Part shown: positions 52,976-64,000 of the stretch, piece after piece | Layout of the letters: each line of letters begins with the position of its first letter | Numbering within the stretch: the first letter of the stretch is position 1 | Program-made: the position numbers and the translations under genes | The notes under the pieces: model-generated | Database searches by the model: none | What the model was told of the DNA's origin: nothing | Seen by the model: only the letters and a program-made list of their open reading frames with translations | From: Diplonema japonicum | Lineage: Eukaryota; Protista; Euglenozoa: Diplonemea | Length of the DNA: 64,000 nt | NCBI GenBank assembly: GCA_964019335.1 | Contig: OZ025655.1 | Coordinates: 372,001 to 436,000, forward strand | Direction: 5' to 3'

Positions 52976-55000
52976 TCAACACAAAAGATGTAAATCTTCT
53001 TTTTTCGTCTCGTTTATAAAAAAACGGCTTCGAGCCTGTTGTTTGTGCTTGCAGTACCGTGTGTGTTTCTGCAGAACAGGGTGTCTAAAATGCCGGGAGC
53101 AGTTCGGGCAGGGAAACCGTCGTTCTTCGCCCACGAGAAAAGGCTTTACGAACCCGTTCACATTCGGTATGTTGAGGCACCGATCAAGCGCAAGAGGGGA
53201 GAGGGGGTCCTTAGCCCACGGAGAAGCGTCCATTGAGTCCTTTCGTGTCAACCGTTCAAGCTTTTCGCGCAAACGTGATGTCTCCGACAGTGCTCGCTTC
53301 TCGTTCGTCACAACAGACGGCTTCTCGTCGTCTTCACTGCTATGACACTCCTGCATCGGCACAGTGTGGAACTCAGGCGGCAATATGTAAACAAACCCTG
53401 TGTGAACACCTTCTGAATGCTCCATGCTCGCCAACCCTACTGTAGTGTCCTCAGCCAGCCCCTCTTTCGGCTGCCTCCGCAAAAACATATCCTTCCATGA
53501 TACCTTTACAACGACAGTTACCTCATGGCACCGCGCTAGCTTCAGTACTGCCCCTCTGTAGACTTCTTCACCCTTCAGGGGGACAAGTACTAAATCCACC
53601 ACCCGCGAAGGGTGTTTCACAAACCACTTTTTATAGCGAAGATCAGCGTAAATTGTGAAGGGTCTGCTGGACTGCATATTCACCACTGTGTGGACAAACG
53701 CTTTCGTCCGCACATCCTCCGCCCCTGGTGCAAGGCCTTCCGCTTCCGGGACTACCAGAAAGCGAGCCTCGTGCACATCAACGGCAGAGCGCAACATCAG
53801 TTTAAAATATGTCCTGTAGCAATGGTCCAGCTCTGCCTTCCTCGACCTCGTGATTCTGAGAGTGTCAGGGGGGAGCGATGGCTCGCACATTGTGATAAAT
53901 GATATCTTCTCGAACCGCCTCAAGGGCTCCAGCGGGTTGGATGGGATCACTCTGTTATGTGCTCCGAGCACTATGCCCGCAGAACAGATGCACCCGCCAC
54001 ACGCGATAGACGCGGCCGACCTGTTTGACACCTCGTACCACGTAAGTAGCCCTAGCCCCAGAGGGTCCGTCTCGAGAGCGTGCCATGTTTTCGGTAGCCC
54101 GGACAACGGCGACCTTAGAGGGGCAAACTGGTCGACATCACCGCCCTCTTCAACCTCTTCTTGCAGCTTCTTCCAAAAGCCCTCGGGGTAGCTGCACACC
54201 ACCCTGCTTGATACGCAGAATGTCACAAGCTCACGTACTCTGATGTCGAGACCTCTGCAGAGACGCATCACGCCGTCATCGACCCTCTTGTTCAGCGGGA
54301 TGTCGTCTCCCAGCGCTATGCAGAGGTCGCTGAAAGTGCATGAGCGCGTCTCATGGGGCACCTGCTGTATCAGAGGCCCAGTCAGCTCGTTGGTAATCTC
54401 GTCCAAGGTGTCCTCCGAACGGTTCGAGTTAAAAAGAGAACTGTGAAAAATATGAGACGGCGTGCACTGACGGAGGAGCTTGCGACCCTTAGCCTGCATG
54501 GTAGCTTGAAGAGACAAGGCAAGACAGTTCTGAACAGATGGAACAAGTGCAGAGGAGGTGTTCAGGGGCGTCGTGAAAGTGGACAAGATTGGACAGGTGA
54601 ACGGAAGGCGCTGTCTGGTGAGGATAAACGTCGAAAGCTTCTCAATCGTGAGAACGAAAGAGGAGCCGGCGTGGGACGCCTGTTGGTACAGGTCGTCGAT
54701 AATCTCCGCTAGCTCTGCTACGCACTCAGCCGCAATGTTTCTTGACGCTGCTGTCTTCACGCGTACTTCAGTTATCCCAGGCCATTCGAGTATCAAGTCA
54801 CATATTCTCTTGCTCTTTCTCCAGTCCTCTTCTCCGCCTAAGAGGTCCCTCACCTGATTTTTCCGCACCTCCACTATACAGTACCTCCTCATCCTTGGTC
54901 CTTGTCTGTCGCTCAGGTTACAAAGCTTTTGCTTGTACGTGTCTAGTGCATCAGGGTCCCCAAGGTACCCCACCACGACCCCATGTTGCTCAAACAGCAT
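52976..55000 (-). CDS. Hypothetical protein with C-terminal C2HC zinc finger
   Basis: 674-aa ORF; CPNCSRHFRHPVLQKHTRYC; kinesin-like snippet VEVRKNQVRDLL near the N-terminus. Confidence 0.7.
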   Translation of the reverse strand: MLFEQHGVVVGYLGDPDALDTYKQKLCNLSDRQGPRMRRYCIVEVRKNQVRDLLGGEEDWRKSKRICDLILEWPGITEVRVKTAASRNIAAECVAELAEIIDDLYQQASHAGSSFVLTIEKLSTFILTRQRLPFTCPILSTFTTPLNTSSALVPSVQNCLALSLQATMQAKGRKLLRQCTPSHIFHSSLFNSNRSEDTLDEITNELTGPLIQQVPHETRSCTFSDLCIALGDDIPLNKRVDDGVMRLCRGLDIRVRELVTFCVSSRVVCSYPEGFWKKLQEEVEEGGDVDQFAPLRSPLSGLPKTWHALETDPLGLGLLTWYEVSNRSAASIACGGCICSAGIVLGAHNRVIPSNPLEPLRRFEKISFITMCEPSLPPDTLRITRSRKAELDHCYRTYFKLMLRSAVDVHEARFLVVPEAEGLAPGAEDVRTKAFVHTVVNMQSSRPFTIYADLRYKKWFVKHPSRVVDLVLVPLKGEEVYRGAVLKLARCHEVTVVVKVSWKDMFLRRQPKEGLAEDTTVGLASMEHSEGVHTGFVYILPPEFHTVPMQECHSSEDDEKPSVVTNEKRALSETSRLREKLERLTRKDSMDASPWAKDPLSPLALDRCLNIPNVNGFVKPFLVGEERRFPCPNCSRHFRHPVLQKHTRYCKHKQQARSRFFINETKKEDLHLLC

Positions 55001-55141
55001 ACATCATCCTGTAAGGCTTAACTGCAAAGGTATAACAAAGGAACAGTGGGGCATGGGAGGGGTGTACAACGGCACACACTTCTTTTTTTTTTTTTTTTTT
55101 TTTTGTAAATTTTGATTTTTTTTATCTTCCTTTTCTTGTGA

Positions 55142-56797
55142 TCAGCCAAAGCCGAGATCGTCTTCTTCCTCTTCTTCTTCGTAGGTGTTCTCGAAGGGCG
55201 CTGCCTCGGCAAAGGAGTCAAATGGTTGGTCGAACGGTTCCTGCGGTGCTGGGGTCTGGTCGAGGGGCTCGGCAGCACTAGAGTCGGGGTTTTCCGCAGT
55301 AGGGGCGTCGGTGTCGTCAGTGTTGTCTACGGCCTTCTCGTCACCATAGTGGTCCGGGAGTGCGTTTTTGAACGTAGGGAGGCCAGTTGGGACAGCTGAT
55401 TCATCTATTGCATTCTCGTCAGTGGTGTCGAGCCACAGCTGGTACTTCGCTTGCAGCTTTGCCCTTAATGCCTTCGTCTTCGAAGGTAGCAGCCACGCCG
55501 TGTCCTTGTCCTTAGTCCTTGCTTCCTTCAACGAATTCTTCTGAATCTGCATCAGCAACGTCGGGTCCTGGATGTCGATGTACTGTATGAACAACGTTCG
55601 CGGCTTCATCGGCACTTTCGTCGCCGTCGCAGACAGGGGTCCGCCTATTGTCATCAGTTTGAAGAGATTTGTCCACGACAGAGGCAGGCGGTTCCAGTTG
55701 ATTGGATCAGAGCTCGTAGGCCACGCAGGACGTGCTTGGCTGGAGATGTGCGTGCCACGCATAGGTGCAGCCACATCAAGAGACTCAATTGTGAAACTGC
55801 TGCGCTCGATGTTGTGCTTAGTTGCAAGGCGGCCCAAACGGAGGTCCATCAACTCAAAACAAACAGGGTGCGTCTCGCCCTCTTTAGGCGGCGACCGCAC
55901 GTTGTAACCGTACCTAATGTACAGGTTTCTGTACGGACCGGAGGCGTAGGTGAAACACACTGGCGGGAGGACAACCCTAAGCAGATGCGAAAGGTCACGC
56001 CCCACAGGAGATAGTGCGAGCGACAGGGACGTCTTGCTCCAGACAGGACGCTTCTTGAAGAGCTCATAGATCTTCGGCATGACTTCCATTGCGGTAGCAT
56101 TCTTGCGAAGGATCTCAATGGCTTTGGGCGGAGCATCGGTGGGGACAGTGGTGTCCAGCCAAGCGCGGTGCACAAGCACAGAGGAGGAGCTGCCTCGGGT
56201 GAGGACTCTGTCGTGCTTGACGGTGCCATCCGGCATGTTAATAATAGCTTGGCGGGAGTAAGGGTTGGACTTGAAGCCGTAGTCAAATGGAGAATCGTTC
56301 TTAGAGAAGAGGAGAGGCGTGATGTGAAGGGGCTGCGTGTCCTTGGCGTCTTTACCTTCGGTGGCCTTCCGCACAAACGTCATAAGTGCGGGGAAGTCTT
56401 TGATGGCTTGAGTGGTGAGTTTCTCTGGGGGTAGGTACTGGAAGTCTGACAGGCCCTTGAACTTCATGCACCTCCTGATGACTCCACGAAGCTGAGTCTC
56501 TATCTTTTTAGATTTCCTCTTGTATCGCATTTTGATCAAAAGACCAGTACACCGATGCATGTCGCCACAGGTGTGGTGGGATTTCGCCGAACCTGGTCTA
56601 AAAGAGAGCTTCGTCACTGTAGTCTCTCCCTTGAACGCCTTCATCACCCACTCCGAACCCCCCAGCATGGTTAACGCCTTACTATGGTTCTTCACCACAC
56701 CCGGAAACTCAATGTTCATCATTCGTGTAGCTGGAATAACTTGAGGTTCGCCATGGCTTACAAACCCTTGCGACACTGGTAGCTCCCCACCGCTCAT
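55142..56797 (-). CDS. GTF3C5: Transcription factor IIIC subunit Tau95 (Sfc1/GTF3C5-like)
   Basis: IEFPGVVKN..KALTMLGG, LSFRP, FKGLSDFQY, LFKKRPVWS, GPYRNLYIRYGY, acidic C-terminal tail. Confidence 0.88.
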   Translation of the reverse strand: MSGGELPVSQGFVSHGEPQVIPATRMMNIEFPGVVKNHSKALTMLGGSEWVMKAFKGETTVTKLSFRPGSAKSHHTCGDMHRCTGLLIKMRYKRKSKKIETQLRGVIRRCMKFKGLSDFQYLPPEKLTTQAIKDFPALMTFVRKATEGKDAKDTQPLHITPLLFSKNDSPFDYGFKSNPYSRQAIINMPDGTVKHDRVLTRGSSSSVLVHRAWLDTTVPTDAPPKAIEILRKNATAMEVMPKIYELFKKRPVWSKTSLSLALSPVGRDLSHLLRVVLPPVCFTYASGPYRNLYIRYGYNVRSPPKEGETHPVCFELMDLRLGRLATKHNIERSSFTIESLDVAAPMRGTHISSQARPAWPTSSDPINWNRLPLSWTNLFKLMTIGGPLSATATKVPMKPRTLFIQYIDIQDPTLLMQIQKNSLKEARTKDKDTAWLLPSKTKALRAKLQAKYQLWLDTTDENAIDESAVPTGLPTFKNALPDHYGDEKAVDNTDDTDAPTAENPDSSAAEPLDQTPAPQEPFDQPFDSFAEAAPFENTYEEEEEEDDLGFG

Positions 56798-57012
56798 CCC
56801 TCTTTTTTTTTTTTTTTTTTCCTTTTTCTTTCTCCCCCCTTTTATTTGATTTCACGGACAAGAAGGTTCTTTTTCTTATATAAAAAAAAAAGAATTCTGC
56901 TTTTTTTTATTAATTTCTTTTTTCTTTTTTTTTTCCATAAAACCTTGTAAACCTTTAAAATAAACACATCGTATTAACATCTGTAAGAAGTAGACAAAGA
57001 AAGAAGAAAAAA

Positions 57013-58243
57013 CTCAAAGTACAGGACAAGCCCCCCGCTAGAGGGCCGCCCTATGGGAGGGGGGGGTCTATCTGTTAATACTCCCCTTCTGGAGCATTGC
57101 TTTCATCCCGATTGTGGCTGTGAGCGTCTTGCGGAGTCGTGTGATGCGATCCCGCTTGTAGGCGGCCTTCAAATCCATCAGCTTGTCGTGCGTGGACTGG
57201 GTAGCAAAAATGGGCCTCCTGGAGAAGCCTATAGCTGCCTTTCCTCCTATGGCGATGAGGGATTTCACCCTTTTCTGCTCATCCGCTGGGAAGGGGCGTC
57301 GCTTCTTCCGTGCCCTGCACGCTGCGTTTATCTTTACGATTAGGGCCTTGATTCTGCGTGCCCTATCTTCCAGCAGGCCTCCTAATGATTTACCGGTCGT
57401 CCATTCGAAGTCAATGGCTAGCTCCACCGCCGACACCTCCGAGGCGGTGTCCTTCTCCACCCAGCGCAGCTGTGACAACCATTGTAGCAGCGGGTTCAGG
57501 TACTGGGACAGGACCCCACCCACTCCCTCGAGCTCGCCTGCTATCGGAACGGGGCATCTCTTTCCTACTACATTTCGTTCCCACGGTAGCGGCTGTGTGT
57601 TGACGTCCTCCTTCTGCACGAGCTCCACGTCCCGCTTCTCAACCACCACGGCCAAGTATCGTTGCAGTTTTTCCAGGTATGCAAAGGCATGTCCTCTCGG
57701 CAGTATTGCGTGTAGCTCAAGACACAGGGGCCATCCCGTCCTGTCGCGCAGCGGTTCCAAACCGTCCTGTGCCAGCTCGTCCCGTGCGCAGGCACACTCG
57801 TAAAGCTGATGGCGGAGTAAGGTTACCGTGTCCGGGTGTGGTGACTCACACAGGTCACACCTGAACCCTTGTGTGCGTGGTACTTCCGTCGTTGGGACGT
57901 GGTCTATGCTGTCCCCGTCTTCCTCGGTGCCATCTCCTTCTGGTGCCAGGGGGACGCTCCTTTGACTCGTACCTGCATGCGGGCTAAGGTAGGGGACCCC
58001 TCCGGCGATCACCCGTCTCAGGCAGTAGGACATGAGTGGGTCCTTGGCTGTCTTCCACAGTTGGTTGGTTTTGGGATCCGCTCCCGCCTCCATCCCCTTC
58101 ACTGTGCTTCTTTCGTTCGCCAGTGACCTGCTCCGGGCTTTCCTCACCGCGTCCCTAAAGGCGTGCCCGCGCTCGGCCCAGGGTTTGTTCCTACAGTCTA
58201 GCAGCTGCGTCCAGTTCCACCCTATGTAGGGGAGCCACCGACA
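57013..58243 (-). mobile_element. 5'-truncated non-LTR retrotransposon (LINE) copy B with open C-terminal ORF
   Basis: Same sequence as copy A; CDLC...HQLYEC zinc finger, WLSQLRW...VSAVELAIDFEWTTG; stop at 57068; 3' UTR may extend to an A tract near 56925. Confidence 0.78.
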
Positions 58244-58797
58244 TAAAAAAAAAAAAAAAAAGGCATGTTGAAGGGCAAATCCCACTTGACGATCACCCCT
58301 AGAAGGTTGCTGATGGTTGATGCGGTCTTCAGCTCCTTCAGCCAGTTGGGATCCTTGTGCGAGGCGAAGATCAAAGCCAATCGTGTAGCTCCATCCCGTA
58401 CTAGCAACTAAACAGAGAAAGGCCTAATGCGGGGTGCTGATGAGAAAAGAAGTACGGCTCGCAGGAGATACCGACTCGAGGACGACCATTGAAACAGAGC
58501 ACTTGAGTGATCCCGATGATGTGTGCACAACTGCACACCGCACCCCAGAATATAGAATCACTGCTACGACACCAGCAGGTGCAGAACTCTAGGACCCCAT
58601 CTATTCCCGCCTGCAGTACTGAGCGAAGCAAAAAAAAAAAAAGAACCGAAGGTAAATAAGAGGGTGAGTAAGAGACCAAAAAGAAATTGACCATAAAAAA
58701 AAGGGGGACAAAAAAAAAACAGCATTCTTCTTCTTTAAGTAAAGTGTTGGGACAAAGAAAAAACATAATCTAAGAGGGGGGGGGAGGGGGGCAAAAA

Positions 58798-61700
58798 TTA
58801 TTTAACCCTACGCAAAATGCAGCTCTCGTTCGAATATACTGAAACTCGGAAACTACCCTCAGTGCCAGGCTTAACCGTTGCACAGATGACGATAAATTGT
58901 ACCCACAAAGAGGCTACAGAAGTAGGGGCCGTCATCAACTCCAGCGACACCTGAGGGAAAAGAAAAATATGCGAGAACTTTTTTTTTCCCGTGAAACAGT
59001 ACCTGATTTATCACTGCCTGGTGAGGTGTACTAGAACCCCTCACCTCTAATACCCCATTCGAGGGTAGCGATGCAGGGCTTGCAATGGGTTCCTCTGCTT
59101 GGCAAGTTACCAGAGCCTTTTTTTTTTTTTTTCTTTTTCCCCCCCCACATTTGTTTGCGCAAGTTAGAAATGAAATGAAGACGCCATACCAAATCCCCTA
59201 AACCAAATGCAGCCAGACCCACGGCCGTGCGGGACCCACGCTTCACAGTGATAAGGTACTGTGGGTTAGAAGTCACATCCTGCAACCCGCCAGTGGTGTG
59301 GTGCGCGTCCCACGACCCATCGGTGTGGTCCTCGTACGGCCACTCCTGGACAGGGTCTACATAGAGACGGCCTGAATGCGTTTTGAAGTAGATCTGGTAC
59401 GGTGACTCCGCCCTCTGTACAAGGAAAGGGGTGATCGTATGCGTCCCAGCCGGGAGTGCGAAGGAGTGAAGCACCCTGTCCGCACTGAACCCCGACACTA
59501 AGGGGTCCTCACGCAGCGCCAACCCTAAGTCCCTGTACGCACCTACGGTAGAGGGCCTCGGGGTTGCTAACACTCCTGTATTCAGCCCAGGATGACCATT
59601 TGGCCTGTCCAACAGCACAGACACGTCACATGCCTCCTCCGTCCGAACAATAAACTGCGGGTTGCAGAAGAAGGTTGGTGCCGCCAGCCCTCCACCAGCA
59701 GAGCTCCCTTTCCATTCACCAGTGAAGACGTGGCATGAGTCCCCAAGAGCGTGGAACTCCACGTTGTGAGAAACGACTGTCTTGATGTTCACCACCTCTC
59801 CAGGTGGTGCTTCCTTCAGAAGCACTGTTAAGATGAAGGACCCAACAGGCAGTATGCATTGCGCGGCAGCCAACCCCTCGCCTGAGCTGCTCGTCACCTC
59901 CTCCCCTGTGATGGTGTGCACCGACCACGTCACGTCAAGCCCCTTGGAATAGACAGACACCCAGCACGATACCTCTGTCTTTGTCACCAACGAATACTGC
60001 GGGGTCGTCTCAAGGGTTGGGTCGGCCAACCATTCTGTTTCAAGCGACTTGATCGAAGGGGGTGGGCTTGGAGGGGAAAGAGTTGAGAGAAGCACTTGAA
60101 CGCTATCCTCATGAGACACAATGAGCTTGCACTGCTCAGAGGCTGGGACATAGGGCACGACAATGTAGTCCCCGTTGCCCTCTGGAAGTGTCGTGCTTGC
60201 GTAGCTTCCAAAAGGGGTACGCTCCGCTTTCGCCGCCTTTATGAATGTCTCGCCTACATCTTCCACCCTTGATGTGCCCGTGAATATTGCTATCATCGCG
60301 CCTTCTCCTTTCAACACAATCGATGCTTGTTGCGAACCCCTCACGGTGACCAGCACCTGGGGTAGATTAACCCAGTTGGGGTCCTCAAGTAGTCCCAAAT
60401 ACCCTTTCCAGTTCTTCTCTTCTTCATCACCTTCGTTTGTATCCTCCATTAGCACCACTTTGTTGCCCTGGATGACGTGTTCTGTGTGCCTCGGCTGTGT
60501 TACCATCTTTACATCTCCCTCCCTCAGAGTCGATCCAGAATCATCGATAATGCGGAGCTTGCTCCTGCCACCGTTGTTGCACACTAACGCGGAGTAGCTG
60601 CCAGCGCCATGCAGAGGGATGCACACACATCCATCAAGACTCGTCTCCCTCGCCAAGACATTCCGTGTTGGTATCGGGACCCCCTGGTACCTCTTCGTGA
60701 TCAAACATGTCGAACCGTGAGAATCAAAACGCAACAGTGCGTTGGAGCCCGGCCTGAGGTTTGGGATGGTGAGTGTGAAGAGCAGCCGTGGGGGCCACTC
60801 CAAGGGGGTTTCCTGACATTCTGCTCTTTGGAATCCTTCGGGATTAGTAAAAAGCAGCGTCTGGGCCTTTTCCTGTTCAGGGATGTGTGAAGTGAGGACT
60901 GTCCAGCAGTCAACAAGCTTTGCATGATGCGGATCAGCGACCTCAGACGGATGCAACCCCCAGTGGGCGAGGGACATCCTGGTGCTTCGAATAGTATGCG
61001 GCGAAGGAGGAATCGAGAGACCTCTGATGCGCCCCACGGGGGGGAGCTTGGTGAGGCGTGATATGAGAGATGAAGGCAGGCGAAGGGTGTACGAGGCAGA
61101 CAGGGCGATATCCTCTTTGAGTGCTTCGACAAGAGATGCGTCAGGCGCCACCAGGTTACCCAGTTTACGGAACGGTGCCAAAACAGCGAATGCCGTTTTT
61201 GTCTGAAAGTACTGGGTTTCGAATCTGCAGAGATATGCCAGCAGCGCATCCCACATACAACCCCCGGGGAACTTTGCAACGTACTCACGGAACCTCGTAA
61301 TCTCCACCTTCCAAATGCTCTCTAGTTGTTCGTACAGTGTTTTGTAATGTTCTTCTGTACCCGGACCGCACCCTGCTTGAATCTGCCATACTCGAGCTAA
61401 GCCGCACTGCAACGCGTGCATGTGCACCACCGACATATAGGTGCTTACAATCTTCAAAGGTGTTCTCCGTAAAGCTGCGTGTTGCACTAGCTGCCTGATG
61501 TTGCTGATTTCAACAGAGATGAGCTCTTGCAACTTCTTGTCTTCCCCGGCTTTGAAGGCCTCGATGAGGGATTGCTGGGTCACTGGAACGATACCAGAGT
61601 AGAAAGAAGAACGCAACTTGGCCCCGACAGGCCACAAAAGGGTTTTCTCCAAACCAACTACGACGTGGAACACCCTGCAAAGTGCCTCTGTGACTGTGCG

Positions 61701-63980
61701 TGTGGGGTCCACCACATCCCATGTAGAGAAACATGTCAAGCATCTTACCACATTGTTAATCTCGACTTTCAAAGAGTCTAAGAAGGCTGCGATGGTGGAC
61801 TCAGACACCTCACCTATGCATGACACGCACGGTAGAATGCTTGCGACAGTCATCTGCGACAACTCAGGCAAGACGTAACCCCCCGACGACCCCGTAAGCC
61901 CCTCGGGCTTGAACTTGCTGTCTGTATCCAGATACTCCCTGATAGCGTTCTTGATCGTCTTCTCAACAAAAAGATCGGTGCTACACATGGCAGCATGTAC
62001 TTGCTCGACTTGTTCCAGTGCAGATGCGTCCCACGCCTTCATGACAGGGTCTTCTACATTCCCTCCTGCGAGTAAAGACCTCACGATCATCACCGATGAG
62101 GCCGTCATGGGGCCCGCCGCCACAGCATGATGCCGCATGCACAGGTACATGTCATGAGTGAGTGCGTCGCTGCAGTCAGATTTGATTTTGCTGACTAGTT
62201 CATAGACCTTATTTGTTATATCTGCCCGCTGCTGCTCTGAGACCTTCGGGACAAGGCGCTTCACTGTGTTGACTATAAACTCCGGCATCGGCTCAACACG
62301 TTCAGATGTCAGCCCGATGAACTTTGACCTGTGGTCGATGCCCTGCTGCTGCGCCGTGTATGCTGTGATGAAGTCGGCCCGTATCTGCGGGAAGACTGTG
62401 TTAAGGAACTTTGCAAACACGACCTCTTCAATCGTCTGCGACAAAGCAAGGGACAATCTACGCATGGTCAGGAGCTTCGCCAGTTGAAGAGACGCGTTCT
62501 GTGTCACAGCTCTCAGCTCGGTGAGGTACCCTGAACCTGGCTGCAGAACTGCACTACTCGGCCCGTCACCTGGCATTACTTGAAACTCTGCGCAGCTGCA
62601 AACGTCCAGCAGTCTGTCGCCCACTACACCTACCAGCACCACGTACCCGTTGTAGTTCATCAGATGTACAGTATTTTCAGCAGACTCTAAAATTGGACTA
62701 AAGTGCCCGTCGTTCTTGCTGCGAACCAACTCTGCGGCCTTAGCCGTCGATGCTGCCAAGCTCGTGCTAAGCACAGCAACGCGTTTTGCAGGATTTACAT
62801 CGCTGAAAGTGTCATCAAGTACCGCAAGCAAGCCGTGATCTTCCCACAACCCAGCCGTTGTCACATGCCCTATGGTTAACGGGACTCCAGCATCCCACAG
62901 GTGCTGCAGCCTTGCCAGCAGCTGGGCTTCATCTGCCTTTGACCCCCAAGGCGACACCGAGAACAGCAAGGCTTCGGTAATGATGTCGCTCGGCGTCACC
63001 CCGTGCCGCCCTGCTGCGCCTTGCAGTCCTTTATACCCTTCCAAGCACTCTGCCAGGCTTCCATCTACCAGGTGCTTCTCGCACATCTTGTACGCCATGT
63101 CCGATACACGTTTGGCGCCCTCTACTGCCACACGGAAGGCTTCGTGATTATACCCGACAGTGTTTTTGAATCTGGGTAAACTGTTCCGGATGGTCCGTGT
63201 TGTCTGTGTCAGACACAGCAGCAAGTCGCCACGGGGGACTAGCTTGTCAGATTTGCTGATCTCGAGCTTCAACGCTTCCGTGAAGTCAGGCGGGTCGACA
63301 AGCCACCCAAGATGTACTTTTCGGATTTCCTTTTGGCGGGGGGAAGGTTTAGCATGTGGGACTTCAGACAGCGTGACAAGAGAGGATAGTTCAGCACAGA
63401 ATTCTGTGTTTGCGTTTTGGAGAAGCTCTTTCGGGAGGGGGGTAGGCTTTGGGGGGGTGTCGGGATCGGGGTCAAATATGAGGCTCGTGTGCTTGGGCGG
63501 AGGAGACGCTGGCTTCGTGCTCTGCGGGCTTTTACTCTTCGATGGCGAGCGTATGTCGCATATCGGTGACGCGAAGGGCCGTGCCGTCGCTGCGTGGGGC
63601 GTACCTTCTGATGACATTGTCAGGCTGCGCTCGATCCTCCCCATTTTGAGTGGCGGGATAGGTGCTGGGCAGGACGTGTTGGTCTCAGCACGGTGGTAGG
63701 ATTGTCTACGGTATACAGTTGCTGGGGAAGCCGAACGTTTCACGTTTATGACGCTTGTGGTTGCGGCCTTGTCGGGGAGACGTCTGGCAGCAGGAGAGAC
63801 GGTCACACTTCTAGAGTTTGCCTTGGGCACCGAGTCCACGACCCCTGCACTGTTCCGCCGAGTTCTGATTGTCTCGACTTGCCGTTTGCCAGTGCTACTA
63901 CGTGCTGTTCCACGTGTGGATATGGGTCTGTATGTGTTCTGTTTCGCGCCACCTGGGGAAAGGGACCTAACCCCTGGCAT
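58798..63980 (-). CDS. Large protein with C-terminal calpain domain-III (C2-like) repeats, no catalytic calpain core seen; exons ..-59190 (or 59223), 59116-59003, 58950-58798
   Basis: GEWKGSSAGG...FFCNPQF and GSWDAHHTTGG...SNPQY. Splicing restores VICATVKPGTEGSFRVSVYS, typical of the end of domain III. Frame is open to the window edge. Confidence 0.8.
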
Positions 63981-64000
63981 CACTTGCGTTGCTGTCGTTG

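Noticed and set aside
1-64000. Non-canonical introns or stop-codon reassignment
   Set aside because: The interruptions I could resolve are all GT-AG introns, and long ORFs read cleanly in the standard code.

Overview
Gene-dense eukaryotic nuclear DNA, most likely from a euglenozoan (diplonemid-like). About 30 protein genes lie in kinetoplastid-style directional clusters: minus 1.0-3.1 kb, plus 4.2-21.6 kb, minus 24.4-64 kb. There are short GT-AG cis-introns, several found by hand and missed by the ORF track, and non-coding DNA dominated by homopolymers of all four bases. Recognisable genes include ALG1, a LAMMER/CLK kinase, TFIIIC Tau95, a PTB-like RRM protein, a kinetoplastid-type PPP phosphatase, an SCP/FCP-type HAD phosphatase, an SDR, a JmjC protein and a macrodomain protein. 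Main oddities: (1) two copies of a 5'-truncated LINE differ by 30 homopolymer run-lengthenings in one copy with no substitutions seen, suggesting a directional run-expansion process or a context-specific sequencing error; (2) a ~130-bp sense/antisense mosaic of the LSU rRNA functional core sits in the divergent strand-switch region; (3) a 167-bp hAT-like MITE with perfect TIRs and an 8-bp TSD; (4) a spliced sororin-like candidate; (5) a 1983-aa WWE/coiled-coil protein with bacterial adhesin-like repeats. Two 200-N gaps. All domain calls come from motif recognition by eye, not database searches.
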